A stretch of 64,000 nt of DNA from Octopus vulgaris (Eukaryota), in the NCBI GenBank assembly GCA_951406725.2, contig OX597824.1:40672001-40736000 (forward strand), read 5' to 3'. Every line of letters begins with the position of its first letter. Positions within the stretch are counted from its first letter, which is position 1. The notes beneath the pieces were generated by a model that saw only the letters and a program-made list of their open reading frames with translations, made no database searches and was not told the origin of the DNA. Shown here in pieces: positions 63,835 to 64,000 of the stretch. Both the position numbers and the translations under genes were made by a program.

Positions 63835-64000
63835 CACATTTCAATAATTTCACTGTGGCCATGCTGGAGCAACATCCTAAAGCGTTTTAGTCAAAGAAAT
63901 CGACCTCAGGACTTATTTTTTTTGTAAGCCTAGTACTTATTCTATTGTCACTTTGCCAAACTGCTAAGTTACAGGGATGTAAACATGCAGGCATTGGCTG
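63835..64000 (-). mobile_element. SINE family A, 3' part (runs off window)
   Basis: ctgtggccatgctggagc...agcctagtacttattctat...gctaagttacagggatgtaaac. Confidence 0.75.

Overview
AT-rich, repeat-dense animal genomic DNA; the SINE, RTE and microsatellite landscape suggests a coleoid cephalopod such as Octopus (inference). The only host protein gene I can support is the 5' part of the TFIIA large subunit (GTF2A1-like) on the minus strand: three coding exons (30010-30030, 4132-4233, 2252-2369), a 25.8 kb first intron, and a CpG-richer promoter near 30.1-30.2 kb with a TATA box, a TCTCGCGAGA palindrome and a short uORF. The gene continues beyond position 1. The rest is intron or intergenic sequence filled with tRNA-derived SINEs, RTE, CR1-group and Tx1/L1 LINE relics, Tc1, mariner, maT and Tigger relics, TTAA MITEs, four non-autonomous Helitrons and microsatellites, including a 2.2 kb TA/TACA array. 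Notable observations: a SINE family whose 3' tail matches a Tx1/L1-type LINE in the same window, several long fold-back hairpins, degenerate Penelope-type hammerhead motifs, a reconstructable template-switch inversion, and a locally amplified repeat that may be a decayed Gypsy pol. I found no convincing novel protein-coding system; most ORF-track entries are repeat artefacts. Repeat boundaries are read by eye and approximate unless a TSD or terminus is given.
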